Positions 11,163 to 23,440 of a stretch of 46,201 nt of DNA are shown here, piece after piece. Origin of the DNA: Folioceros fuciformis. Lineage: Eukaryota. Both the position numbers and the translations under genes were made by a program. The notes under the pieces were generated by a model. That model ran no database searches. It was not told the DNA's origin and saw nothing but the letters and a program-made list of their open reading frames with translations. The stretch's first letter is position 1. Each line of letters starts with the position of its first letter. The stretch covers positions 1 through 46,201 of the forward strand of contig JBNGIO010005751.1 of assembly GCA_049999805.1 (NCBI GenBank), written 5' to 3'.

Positions 11163-12612
11163 GGCTCTGCGTCGGGAGCAACACAACGTGTCGAGCTGCG
11201 CTGAATCCTTAGCGGAGCTGGGTGGTTTGAACCTTGAACTTCACACAGCCAAGGCTCTGGACGAACAGGTCGTAAATCCTTGATCTTGACTAGCCGCGGA
11301 GGGCACGCGCACTGTGCAGATGTCTCGTCGAGACGAGGTTTTGTACTGCAACGTGTGCCTGCATCCAGTTGAAGCTTCTCCTGGAGCCGTTCAACAACTG
11401 GTAGGTACCGGTTCTGGAAGGAGATGGGCCTGGGCCAGTCAAGGTCGCCAAGAAAGGACGTGTGTGATCCATGGATTTGAAGTCGTTGGCGGACGGTAAA
11501 CCTGTATGCGACACATACTTACTGGGCGGGTCCACCCGTCACGCTTTCGGGACTGTCTGAGGTCGTACAGCTGCTGATAAAATATCCAACGAACTGAACA
11601 CACCCTGGATGAGATAGGGAAGTTTCTCGAAACATCAGGTCAAGCCAAGAAGAGCACGGGTGCTCATTCTGCACGAGGGTATGCTTCAAATGCTGCAGGA
11701 ATTTATGCTTGGACATTATGTGCATTGATCCTGGCTCTCCCTCCGGCAAGCCATCGACAGAGAAGGCGATGGAGAAGGCACCAAGAAGGCACCGAGAAGG
11801 CACAGAGAACAAGTTCTCAAGTGCTCCATCTACGGTAAGGACAAATTACTCTGAAACCTCACTGCAGTCTCAGCCAAAACGGTTGGGGATCACATCATGG
11901 CTTGGATGACTGGCATCCTCCATTACAGTGCTCTTGCTAGGAATGCCACGACCCCAACAACAATGCTCAGGACCACAAAATGGAAGCCGCCGTACTTTGG
12001 GCCGGCATCCTCTATCAGCTCCAAACCGTGCAATTGGAGGTGTGTGTGTTCATTTGGCCTGAATCCTTTGCTTTCATTTTTGGCCTAAGTCATTTGCACG
12101 CAGGGGACCCAAATGCAGACACATATGTATTTATAAAAACGTCTTGATTAAGCATCCCGTGCTTGTATCGGCACTTAGATGCGTTCCTGAGGGAAAGTAC
12201 TTAAATGGGAATATGGGTCCCGAAAGGTAAGGATGGCCTTGAGCAACTAGCCCGGGAAATCGGCGCTTACTGGACTCTAAATAATAAGATTCTTCTTGCA
12301 CCTTGGTCATCATCTACCAACACTGTGCGCGACGATAACTAGCTGGAATGGAAGACGTATTCAGACTTCTGCCTGTTGACCCAGGTCACTCTTTTCATCG
12401 GCATGGTCTCCTTTCTTCCGACTCTGAGCCTGCCGGCTTACAGGCGCAGCTCTCGGAAACACACACACGTTCATGCACGTGCAGGCTTGTTGCTTCAAGT
12501 CAGGGGTGCTTTGTGTTCCCCGCACCGCAAGAAAGAGAGATTTGCAGCGCCTGCCCGATCTGCAGCAATTGGATGTTTGTGACTCGTCTCCACACCTTTG
12601 CTGCTTACTGAA

Positions 12613-14859
12613 ATGGCCGTGTCTCCTGTGTCCCCAAGGGAAGTGCTTCTCGCGGACATCGAGCTGGTGAGCCAGGATGCACGAGCGGTGCAGCATCAAG
12701 TGTTGCAGAGTATTCTTGAAAAGAATGGGGAGTGCCACTACCTGCAGAAACTCGGGCTGGGAGGAAAGCGAGATTTGGACAGCTTCAAGGCCACAGTCCC
12801 GCTTTCAGATTATCCACAATATGAGGCGGACATCCAGAGGCTCATGGACGGGGACAAGTCCCCTCTGCTGTCCGGTGCCCCCCCGATCGCATTTGCATCC
12901 AGGTTGATTCACGTTTCGCACACCTAGATGCTGTAAGCCCTGAACGGAGGAACAGTGCAAACTCCGTATTATGAAGCTCACTCTGTACCACTGGCGTGTT
13001 GCAGCTCGGGAACTACAGGGGGGTTGACTAAGCGTTTCCCTGTGAGCTGGCAAATTGTTGCCTCTACTTCCCTCATACAGGCGTACGGATTGGCTGTCGG
13101 ACAGGGGTACGTCTTTATTGGAATCCTGTCGTTTTAGCCCTTGAATTCAGGATGTATCGAATCGGATAGGTGAGCATTAGGCAGTCTCTGTTGTCTCTGA
13201 AATTGTCTGATGAGGGACTTTATGATTGAAAATGTTGTGAAGCACCTTCCCAAGCAAGTTGCCGCCTGGAGTTGGAAAGGTTTGGTCAGGACTCCTCGCT
13301 GGAACGAGGAGCGACACCAAGGGCGGTCTTAAGGTCTCCACTGTCTCCACCATCGCCCTCTTCTTCCCTCCTTACATGGAGTTCCTCGAATCTATCAACC
13401 AGGCCATCCCCTTGGAGGTGATGCAATGTACAGATATCCGCCAAGCAATCTATGCTCACCTTTTATGTGCCTTGAGTCAAGCTCATGCAGTGGAAGCTAT
13501 AGTCGTCATCTTCGCCTTCTCGTTAGTGGAAATGTTTCGGTGTCTGGAGACGATGTGGCCAAGTCTGTGCCATGATCTCCGAACTGGGCAGGTCAACACC
13601 AAGATTGTTACAGATGATGTGGTCCGCCAAGCCATCTTATCCAAGGTAAGTAGCAACATTTGTCAATCTTGAGTGGGGTTGGCCCTTTTCATACGCCGTG
13701 CTTTGAATATGCATACGATAATGTGCCTGTAGGTTCTGAAGGCTCCTGATCCGGAGAGGGCCAATAGGGTTCAGGCGGAGTGCCAAAGTGAGCAATGGGA
13801 AGGCATTGTGCTGCGTTTATTTCCCAACCTACAGTACTTGTCTGGCGTTGTCACTGGACCTATGGCCCCCTTTGCCCCCATACTTGACAGATACACCCGC
13901 AAGAATTTCCCTAAAGTGGCTTTCGGTTACGGTGCATCTGAAGTGGGACAATGTGCTTTTCCACTTCCTGGACCCATGCTTGCAGATCCTGAGTTATTTG
14001 CCTTTTGGCCAAGGCATGTCTTTTTTGAGTTCCTTGTAGAGGATGGAGGGGAACATCCTGACACGCTCGTGGAACTGACGGACGTGAAGGTGGGGCAGAA
14101 ATACGAACTGGTTGTGACTACCTCTGCAGGTCCATACACTGCAAATATCTCTTTGAAACACTCTGTATGTTTGTTTAGTTAGTTTAAACGCATGGTCACT
14201 GACGTCACACGTGCAACTCAGGGCTGTACCGATACTCTATTGGGGACACCGTGGAAGTGACAGGCTTCTACAACACCTTGCCTATCTTCAAGTTTGCTGG
14301 TCGGAAAGGGCTTCTTCTGAGCATCAACACGGACAAGACTGACGAACGGGAACTTCAGTTGGTGACTGTCAGAGCAAGCCAGAGCCTTCAACAGCACGGG
14401 TTGCTTCTGCTAGAATACTCCAGCTATGCAGACCATTCCACCAGGCCAGGCCACTACATTTTCTACTGGGAGTTGCAGGAGCGATTGGCCAGGCCTAACC
14501 AAGCAAAGGGGAGTACCACCAGTGCACAACCTGTGAGCAGCGACCGCGCCAATGTGCGTCAAGCGTTGCAGGAGTGCTGTAACCAAATGGACTCGTCGCT
14601 CAATGAACCTTACAGGAGGGGCAGAAGAAATCAGTTTATTGGACCATTGGAGCTGAGGATTGTAAGAAAAGGAACTTTCGCTACACTGAAGGAGTACGCT
14701 CTACAGCAAGGGGCAAGCCTTGCCCAGTACAAGTGCCCACGGTTCGTATCCCATCCTGTGCTCCTGGAAATCTTGAATTCCCAAGTAGAGGAGAGGTTTC
14801 ACAGTTCTTTCCATGACTGGGAAGGGGTCCGAAACAGTACGACATCGGCAAGTTCCTAG
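12613..14859 (+). CDS. GH3: GH3-family acyl-acid amido synthetase (about 609 aa, 5 exons)
   Basis: Exons 12613-12902, 13005-13106, 13243-13645, 13733-14129, 14222-14859 are in frame. Motifs SSGTTGG, YGASE, YRYSIGD, SINTDKTDE, PGHYIFYWEL, IGPLELRIV, QYKCPR. Confidence 0.93.
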
Positions 14860-15318
14860 CGTATGGCCTCTCGCCCGTCTTTTGGGCACTAGCATTCTAT
14901 TCGTCTTGCCATCGGGTCTTCCATGACGGTTTGGATCCATCTGGAGGAACAAGCTGCCCTCCCAACACAACACGAGAGTTACGGCTCTCCAGCTTTCTTC
15001 CTTATCCGCTCCCTGCCGTGCCTGGCCTCACGGCAATTTAGGAAGATCTGTGGTTCCCGACCTGCCGAAGTTCAAGCCCCAAGTAGCTTTAGCTCCAAGA
15101 TCTACTCGCATCAGTACCAGTGGTCCGAGCTTCTATGCCGCTGCGCACGTCCCGCTGTCTATAAATAACACCTTCGCATTTCGCAATTTCTTCGAATTTT
15201 TTCATCTTTCAGCCTTTTCCGTCATGCACCTATAACGAGACGAGGATTGGGGTCGACATGTTCGATCTAGTTCACTGCTCGTTGCCTAGAACACACGAGG
15301 TTTCTAGGTTTGAAAAGT

Positions 15319-15574
15319 TCACGCACTAAAAGTAGTCGGGGATGGAAAAACTGAACAACAAGACAACAAGTTGCGCTGAAAGACGAGGATTCGGGCAGCT
15401 GTGTCCACCTGGAAGTGCATCCCTTTATGTATCGAAGGTCCTGGGAAGACACAAGAATCATCCTCCAGTCTCTTCTCAAAACAAACACGACACTAAAGAT
15501 TTTATCACACAAATCTGCTATGTCTCAGGTTGATGGATATAGCTCAGACACTAAGCAAGCAGGCGTCCCGATCA
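15319..15574 (-). pseudogene. Detached 3' remnant of the SOS1-like gene
   Basis: Right after the LTR end the minus strand reads IGTPACLVS (SOS1 LISSPAAL-like). After an acceptor (cttcccag) an exon from 15440 reads GPSIHKGMHFQVDTAARILVFQ...FSA*, resembling SOS1 YxVETRARxIIF. Confidence 0.6.
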
Positions 15575-15879
15575 TGTCAGGTTGTCCTTCTGGTCTTACA
15601 ACTCCTTCCAGTAGGATCCCAATCTCACCGCAGAATCCCAATCTCACCGCAGGATTCCGATCTCACCGTAACGTAAGTCTATTACAATAACGAAGGGGAA
15701 TCACAAGTTTATACAAAGTAACAGACAGATTAAACAAGTAAGTACAATTAAGAGTCGCATGATGGTGCAAGAACCGTCGTGACTAATGAGGTGTAAAACC
15801 CTAACTAATTAAATAAACATCTCATCTCATCTCATATAAGTGCCTTCTAGACATGCTGAGTGCATAATCTACGGTAACA
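15575..15879 (-). repeat. Putative 3' LTR of the copia remnant (~305 bp)
   Basis: Begins TGTTA right after the purine-rich tract and ends TGACA where SOS1-like coding resumes; contains three ~20-bp atctcaccg repeats (15616-15670). Confidence 0.6.
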
Positions 15880-15991
15880 CTCCACCCGCACAAAAAGCAT
15901 TGAAGTTTGTAAACATCTTCATTATCTTGTAGATGACTTCACATTCATGGTCATAGGATCTTTAAATTTTATTGTCTTGGATTCTTCAACG

Positions 15992-16095
15992 TTTAAACAT
16001 ATTCGAACTCCCAATCCCTCATAATGTTTATAATGTAAGTATTTTAAACATATTCGAACTCCCAATCCCTCATAATGTTTATAATGTAAGTATTT
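15992..16095. repeat. Perfect 51-bp tandem duplication in copia RNase H
   Basis: Encodes KYLHYKHYEGLGVRICL twice on the minus strand. Confidence 0.95.
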
Positions 16096-17961
16096 AGACA
16101 GAGATTTAGTTAACACATCAGCTGTAGTTTCCTTGTTAGGAATGTAGGTAAGGTGTGCCTTACCATCCAAAACTACTTCACTTATAAAGTGGTGTTTTAA
16201 TTCGATATGTTTGGTTTGAGTATGGAACCGAGGATTAGCCACCCTCGCAATTGAAGCTAGAATATCAGTATATAAAGTGGTTAGTTCCGTTTGTGTGTAT
16301 AGTATACTATCAAGAAAATTTCTCCCATCATTGCCCTAGCTCGTCATCAGTTAGGGTTAGGAAATAGAAAGCGCCACCAAAGGAAAATTGTGCTCATAGG
16401 ACCGCAAAGGTCGGAGTGAACCGATTTCAGGATAGAATTGTTCTGATGTGGCTTATGTTCAGGAAAAGAAACTTGCCCTTGGTTGCAGAGTACGGAAGTC
16501 TCGTAGAATGGAGGGTCAGGAAGAGGGCCAATTGACTCATGGTATAGATCTGAGCCAACAATTTGCTTAAAGAGACCATTGCTAGGATGCCCTAGCCTCT
16601 GGTGCCATCTGTAGGCTTCAATTTTTCTAGTCTTGTTTCCTTGGTGAACTGCTTAGGGCTGCCTCAACAATTTCCATGTTAGATGCATGAGCACATAATT
16701 TGTAGATGTCTTGGACAGGATACGCATTGATAGAAATCTGATCGTGACCACATCTTTTCATCGTACAGCAGGTTTGGTCAAAAACAAGGGTAAATATCTG
16801 CATCTTCATCAACAAGGCAACGAAGATCAGATTCTTCACCATGACAGGGACATGCAACACGTTCAGTAAGGTGACTTGTGATTTATCAGCAAGTGTTAGA
16901 GGATCTGTGCCTCTTCTAGTGACTCTTAGGCCAGAGTCGTCTCCCAAGAGCACGAAAGTGTCTGAAGATATTGCCTCATAGTTAGCAAAGAAGGATTTAG
17001 TGTGGCATATGTGCACAGAGGCACAAGAATCCAAGTACAAGCCATCATGGTCGACAGGATTCCGGGTAAGATAGACAGCCATGATGCCTGGTGAGGCAGT
17101 CATAGGTGCTCGTCTAGCGGTGGTTACAATGTATGCAGAAGAGTTTATCCTCTGAGGCATGTTATATGCCTTTTTCCAACATTCGTTCTCCTAGTCGCCT
17201 TGGATGCCATACCAGTTACAATTACTTGTTTTTCGTCTGTTGTTGTGTGTAGGTCGAGGAGATTGTGGACCACGGCTGTGTGACCTATCTCATTGTTGAG
17301 GATGAAAATGGCGTCCTCGACCTTGACAACGGGCCAACATACATGATCTTGTTGGATCTTGAGGTGCTGGCCGTTCCCCTTGTTGTGTTGTCTTGGATGA
17401 ATGGGGAGAGAACCTTTTTTAGCACTCCCTCAGCCTGTGCCTTGGCTCTTAGTGTCCCAGTCTTTAATAGACGTCAGGCATCACGAATTCTTTAACGTTT
17501 TGAGACGTGATAAAATCTTTGTAGGAGGAAGAGAGTGTTGTTAGGAACACTGCCGTTGCTTCAACTTCGGTAAGCCTCCAGCCTGCACTTGCCATCTTGG
17601 AGCAAACTGTTCTAAGCTGTGTGATGTGGCCTTGAACAGTGTCGGACTCTCCCATCTGTAGAGAAAAGAGACATTTAACTGCTGCCACCATGGTCCCCAA
17701 GTCCTCAACTTGGTAGAGATTAGCAAGTTGAGTCCAGGCTTGCTTTGAGGTGGTAGTCCCATCTACTTGGTGTAGCATGGGCCGTTCAAGGCCAGCAAGG
17801 ATCAGTTTCCTTGCCTTTTTATCTTTCTTCTTCCATGCATCAACGGCCCCTTGATTTGAGGCCGTAGCATCCAGGACCACTTCTGGATCAGTGCCATCCA
17901 CCACACCCATGAGGTTAGCCTCGTCGAGGACGGAAGTCATTCGGACAACCCAAGTGTCGTA

Positions 17962-20900
17962 GGGGGCAGTGCCTCAATAAAATACTGACAGCCAAGAAGT
18001 TCAACTGCTGAGGGCATAACTACCGAAACCGGTCGCATGAGTGTCTTCATGTCGATCTGCAGGTGATACAGCTTGGACTGTGATGTGCTGGCTCAACGTC
18101 TTCATGCACAAAGTACCCTTAAATTCTCTACGTACACAGGCAAGAAAGGAAACAAACCTCTACAGAATCACGTAAATGCAGTATCTCTTTCTCCCCAATC
18201 TCTCCGACCTTCTCCAGCTCTCCGACATATCCTGTCAGGTGCGTAAGAAAGGCACTTGCGACTTGTTTGATCCTAACGGCAGATAACGCCTGAAGGAAGA
18301 CCGACACAAATGAAGTGGTTTCATGGTAGGGGACCCACAACTTTGCAAATTTAAGCAAAGCTCAAAGGTGCTAACTTGCGGGGACATCGGACATCTTCCA
18401 AGAATTGTTTGGTCTCTTCAATCTCCATTTCACTCTCAGATACGACTGCCTCTGCAACCGCTGGGTCTCCTGAAATGGGCACCACACTTAATAAGCTCCT
18501 CAATCTTCCCAATCGGGCTCAAGTCTATCGCTTATCGATCCAAGCACTCCTGGTGCTCTTACCTTTCTCATGATCGATAAACTTAAGAAGCTGAAGTTGC
18601 ACCTGCTGATGAGCTGTAAGGAATGCTGCTGAACTGCAACAACCGAACTCCAAACGCTCATTCAAAACAGCTTGCAAAAATTTCTCGGGAATCCATCCGA
18701 ACTGTTCCCGGCTGAAATTTTTAAGGAACCGTGGGAAATGAGGTTGCGGATGTATTCTCTTCCAGTCATGCAAGCCATCAAGATCTTCAAGAGCATCATC
18801 CACGGATCTCATCAAAATTGCAGCCACTGTTTGTGTTATCCACCCTTCGTCCAACATCTTCCAATACGAGGCTCTGACACCTCTGATGAGGAAGGTACAA
18901 AAATCAAACAACTAAAAGAGTCGAGCTATGGCAGCCATCCTTTACCAATGACCAGATCCTTTGTGACATCAAGTCGAGAACCCACGTAAAGTAAAGGCGG
19001 GCAAACCAGTTGTAGTTATCACTAACCTTAACTGGATCAAATTGCAGCAATTCTCTCTCTGCAGACACTTACAACTTAAAACTCGTAGACGAGCTTCTTG
19101 AAGAGGCTCCTCATGAAGAGCAAGAGTTGAAGCCCACGACTCGTGAGGATGCACAGAAAGTTCCGCACCAGAGACACCGTTCAAGCAGGATAGGTACTTC
19201 TTGATAGTTCCCCAGTCTACAGGACCCAGCTCCTTATCTTCACTTAACGCTCTGAAAACCTCAAGACCTTTCGTGTACATCTCGTACTTTGCATAGCGCG
19301 GCAGAAGACCCTGCAAGCAAGAGAGGCATTTGAACCAGAACCAATAAGATGTTTGACTTGCAGTCAAATCCGGTACCATAGAGAAGTCTGACAGGAGCAA
19401 GGCAGAGATGGAATCCAGACTCTCCTCACCATAGTTGCTGAGGACCCAACCAGACCGAGGGCGTAGAGTAGAAACTGAGTTGTAGAGCCATTTTATGACG
19501 ATGGTCATAAAGACTATACCCCCTGTGAGAAACACGAACTGTTTAGTCAAGTATCAGTATCACGTAGAAAGACCAGAGACAAGGAACATGCCACCGCCAA
19601 GGACAAGAAAGGCTACCTGGGTTTGCGTCTTTCTCGATAGACACAAATATTGTGATGGTCCAGCTTGCATTGCCAAAGCGTCAGTGTAAGGAATATTCCA
19701 GCGTGAGTGCAACTTGCCCAGCATCCAGCACCTCGTACAAAATCTGGGTAAGTTCAACTAGGTTGAGGCTTACAGCCACGAGCAATGAGAGAGACAGCGT
19801 AACTGCTCCACGAAGCCCCGACCACATAATAACCGCAGCCTCTTTCCAGTTGAGACCATAGCCAAAATATTGGAGACCAGTGTAGAGCAGTAAAACAAGA
19901 AGTAGCCTTGAAAGCTGAACAAATACGTAAAGCATGACAAGGTATCCCCAATCACGCCCTGCAGTCGAACATTACACATTTTGAGAAACTCTACTGTTCA
20001 CCGTCGATCATTAGATCACAGCCCACCAATCTGTCCTCCGGAAAACTTCAATGGAGCTGTGTTATCAACCTAACGCTCTATTAGCCCAAAAAGAGTGAGA
20101 CATTTTGAATGCATACCGTCAACGCTGTCCCGGTTTCTCAAGATACTCTCTGCTATAATAACCCCACTACAGCCAAGAGTTTAATCAAGTCAGAACTGCC
20201 GGAAATGAATATACGTTGGAAAAACAACTACACAGTGGGTGCAACTGAGAATAGCCGCCATAAATGAATGAGATTGCACCTGAGAATGAAGATAAGCGTG
20301 TTTGCTATGTATGTGATCACCTCCCTTACCAAATTGATGCCCACAACAGAATGTATTAGCAATACCCCAACTACAAGATACGATGAGCCCACCAGGCAAA
20401 ATAGCAGAGCGCAAACAGTGACCAGAGATGGTGCACGCTCCTCTCATGCCCCTGCGTAAGAGCCCTTCTCCCAAATGCTGCAAAAAATCTGATGGAAGCA
20501 CAGACAAAGATAACCACAGATGAGCACCTGAGGTACGGGGTGAGGCATGTGGCTGGCTACATAAGGGCAGGATGGAGTACGCACATGCCAACTGTCATCA
20601 CCGTCAGGATACCAGATACTTGGCCACCGTGCTCTGCCTGTTCAATGAGACCAAACACTACTCAGAGGCCTTCAAGACATTGATAACAAAGGCACAAGGG
20701 TCTTGTAAGTAAAATTTCACTCTGCCGACTCCCTGCAAAGAAAGCCATATAACTAGCAGCCACTGAGAGTGGTATGTGTAACAGACTGTTGTTCTTCACA
20801 GTCCAAAGCCAAACGATGGAGACAAGCCCTACTGCAAGTCCCAAAATCACTCTGTACAAAGCACGCGCCAGAGATCAACCTGACATACCGTGGCCCAAGC

Positions 20901-22196
20901 CCAGCTACCAGCTTAACCAAAAAGCTGGAACCATGGCGGGTATTTTAACGCTTTCACAATCCGGGTCAGAAAATACGTACTCCCCCAAAGAGACTTGACT
21001 TAAGAAACCAATGATTCTTCCAGCGCTAAAGCTTTGACCGAGCGTAATCCTCATGAATAGCCGATATGTCACAATAGCGACTCTGTTCATGTCCAGTAAG
21101 CCTCTGTTATTCACCTGTTCTGAACATTTTTACGGGCTGCCTGTAGACCTTTCTCAGCTTCATCTCTCACGATGTGATACAACATTTGGAACTCACCCAT
21201 CATTTACTAAAGATTCTGCTTCAATTATTGTGCTGAGCTTCTTACTTGCCCCAAGTTCTTTGAGCAGAGCAACAACAGCCACCGGGTCTGTTGCACCAAG
21301 TAAGCCTCCCAGCAAAAGAGACGTGCTCCAATTCCAGCCGTGAGGGAGAAGATACTGTAAAATCAACTCACCCACAGTTGGTGCTTATTATGGAGAACGA
21401 TATTCAGATCAAAGACGCCCTCGAAAGGGGAAGATGGTAGACCTTCACAGCACACACAACACACCCGGTTCACAACTCCGAGACTAGAAGTTGAAATCAC
21501 AACTCCCGGACCCGCAAGCAACACAATTTGCATCATACACTTCTGCACACCACGCAAGCAAAAAAACCGTCAAACAAGTATGAATCGGAAGAACCAGCAA
21601 CCACAGAAGCTCACTGGTCCAGAAGATCGCAAACCATACCTTAACGTAATGCACGTCAAAAGCTAAGGAACTTTCGAACAAGAGAACTGGCAAGAAGATG
21701 AAAAGAATTAAGTCCCCATCCATGTTAGCCCCTGAACAGCCTGCATTCAGCGATGTAAACATAGAGGAAGAAGTGGATATTGTATGAATTGGATCAGAAA
21801 TTCCGGACAACATCTTGGCCAAATCCTACATATTAACAGAAGCCACACACAAAGTACTTACACATCCGGATGCTTTCCCCCAGCACACCTAAGCCCTGCT
21901 GCGTCCCATACTCTGCCCACAGGAGCAACAGGTCAAGCCTGCACCTTTTTTGTTTTTCAAAAACCAAAGTTGCAGCATTAACAAATTATGAGCGCACCAA
22001 GAGCCCCGACCCCCACGCCAACAAGGAGTAATGCAACCGTGTAAGGCAACCTCCTGTTTCGCACAAGCTGGCTGCAGAGAACCCCCAATATTAAAGACAA
22101 GCCCAAGAAAAGGATGGCCACCTCGGGGCCACCGTGATGGCCATTTTGCGGCTCCCAGCTGGGTGACACTTGTTCGGGCATGGGAGACAAATCCAT
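17962..22196 (-). pseudogene. SOS1: SOS1/NHX7-type plasma-membrane Na+/H+ antiporter, frameshifted and truncated by the copia remnant
   Basis: Many exons: LPYTVALL, IFLPVLLFESS, LLAGPGVVIS, ATDPVAVVALLKELGASKKLSTIIEAESLVNDG, YIANTLIFIL, WSGLRGAV, TGGIVF, ELGPVDW, YWKMLDEG. There is a +1 frameshift near 19492 (INGSTTQF motif), an out-of-phase exon end near 18376, and the last exon breaks at ALPP (17962). Confidence 0.85.
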
Positions 22197-22385
22197 GCCT
22201 TAAGTTCCAGGCACAGTGGAGACAGGTGCTAGGCAAACCTCCACGCCACACATTATATGCCAGGCATCGGCTACGTATGTATGTGTTCTTGAGCTTCCAA
22301 GCCGGGAGATTCATTTGTGGTCTCGTATGTGTTCTGAGGTCAAACAGCCCAGCCCTGGGCCCAGCCAGCCCCCTTAATTATGTAT

Positions 22386-22446
22386 AGCCCAAACCCAACG
22401 CGGGGTTAAAATAGTACAATTAGAGCCCTGAAATTGGGTTTGGGCT
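22386..22446. repeat. 13-bp perfect inverted repeat (site II/TGGGCY-rich) upstream of the SOS1-like gene
   Basis: agcccaaacccaa (22386-22398) and ttgggtttgggct (22434-22446). Confidence 0.7.
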
Positions 22447-23440
22447 GACACGACAGCTATTCCTTCGTTCAAAGGACCAAGGGCTGCTGCTCGGCCACGA
22501 AACACAGAAACATGGTCGACGATCATGGCAAGATTTTATAAAAGCTCACGAATACATACATAGTCTACCGGCTTTGAAGAATTGTGCTGCCTCCAGGGAC
22601 ACTGATTGATATTGAAGGTGCGGAAGGTTGTCCAGGGTCCGGAAGTGTCCCCAGCCCGGAAGCCGAAATGGACATGCCGCTGTCCCCGAGGTGGCATTCT
22701 TGTTACAAACTTGTCACGTCACAAATGAAGTATGCCCTAAGGGACTGGACCAAGGTCTGTGAGGGGGGATCAGCGCTCTGGGAGGAAAGAAGTGATGAAA
22801 GGACGTCAGGATTTCGCACGTTTCATAAGCAACAATGCTTCCATCAATTCCCCGACTTTCCCTAGCTAAGAGCTCATGGTTAAGGAAAGCGCACGATTGA
22901 CAAGAGACGCAAGTACGGCGCCTACGAAACAAGACCAGCTGCCCGACCGGCCGACCGATTCCATCCCGAAAGCGAAATTCCTTCAACAACTGGCCACCTG
23001 CGGTTCACCGGAAACTCCACCACTGCGTTGCACATCTTTCCTCGGATTACACAAAAATGCATCGCAGCTCGTGAACTTGGCCCGGACCGAACTCTGACAC
23101 CGAACAACACCACATCGACCTACTGGTACGTTCGGACAAGGCCGCTATCGTGCCGCGGCCCCAACTCGGCTCAGCCTGCACCATAGCCGGCCGAAATCAC
23201 CATGGCTCGTCTCGTGTACTGAGCACCATGCATGGACTTTTCAATTTCCAAAAACAGAATCCGCTCAATAATCTGTCTTATCCTCTTCGCCGGCCACCCT
23301 TCATCGGCGCAGAGAACTGCCTTTCATGGAATCCGTAACTTACGTAAAACTCTCATCGCGAGGAGACAATCAGATCATCCATGCATTACAACTCCAATTA
23401 TATTAATAACCAAAAAACGGCACTCCGTCTCAAGTCTGTG

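Larger units (their letters stand above)
15575..17961 (-). mobile_element. Ty1/copia LTR retrotransposon remnant (5' LTR lost; most of integrase and all of RT deleted)
   Basis: Minus strand: gag (YDTWVVRM..WKKKDKKARKLIL, 17961-17464), broken Zn knuckle (CNWYGIQGD*ENECWKK), protease LYLDSCASVHIC, pre-integrase WHQRLGH, integrase start VHSDLCGPM, then directly RNase H (NPRFHTQTKHIELKHHF..ADVLTK), PPT-like gcgggtggag and LTR. Confidence 0.9.

Noticed and set aside
22500..23340. Several 60-110-aa ORFs
   Set aside because: No recognisable motifs or consistent splice model.
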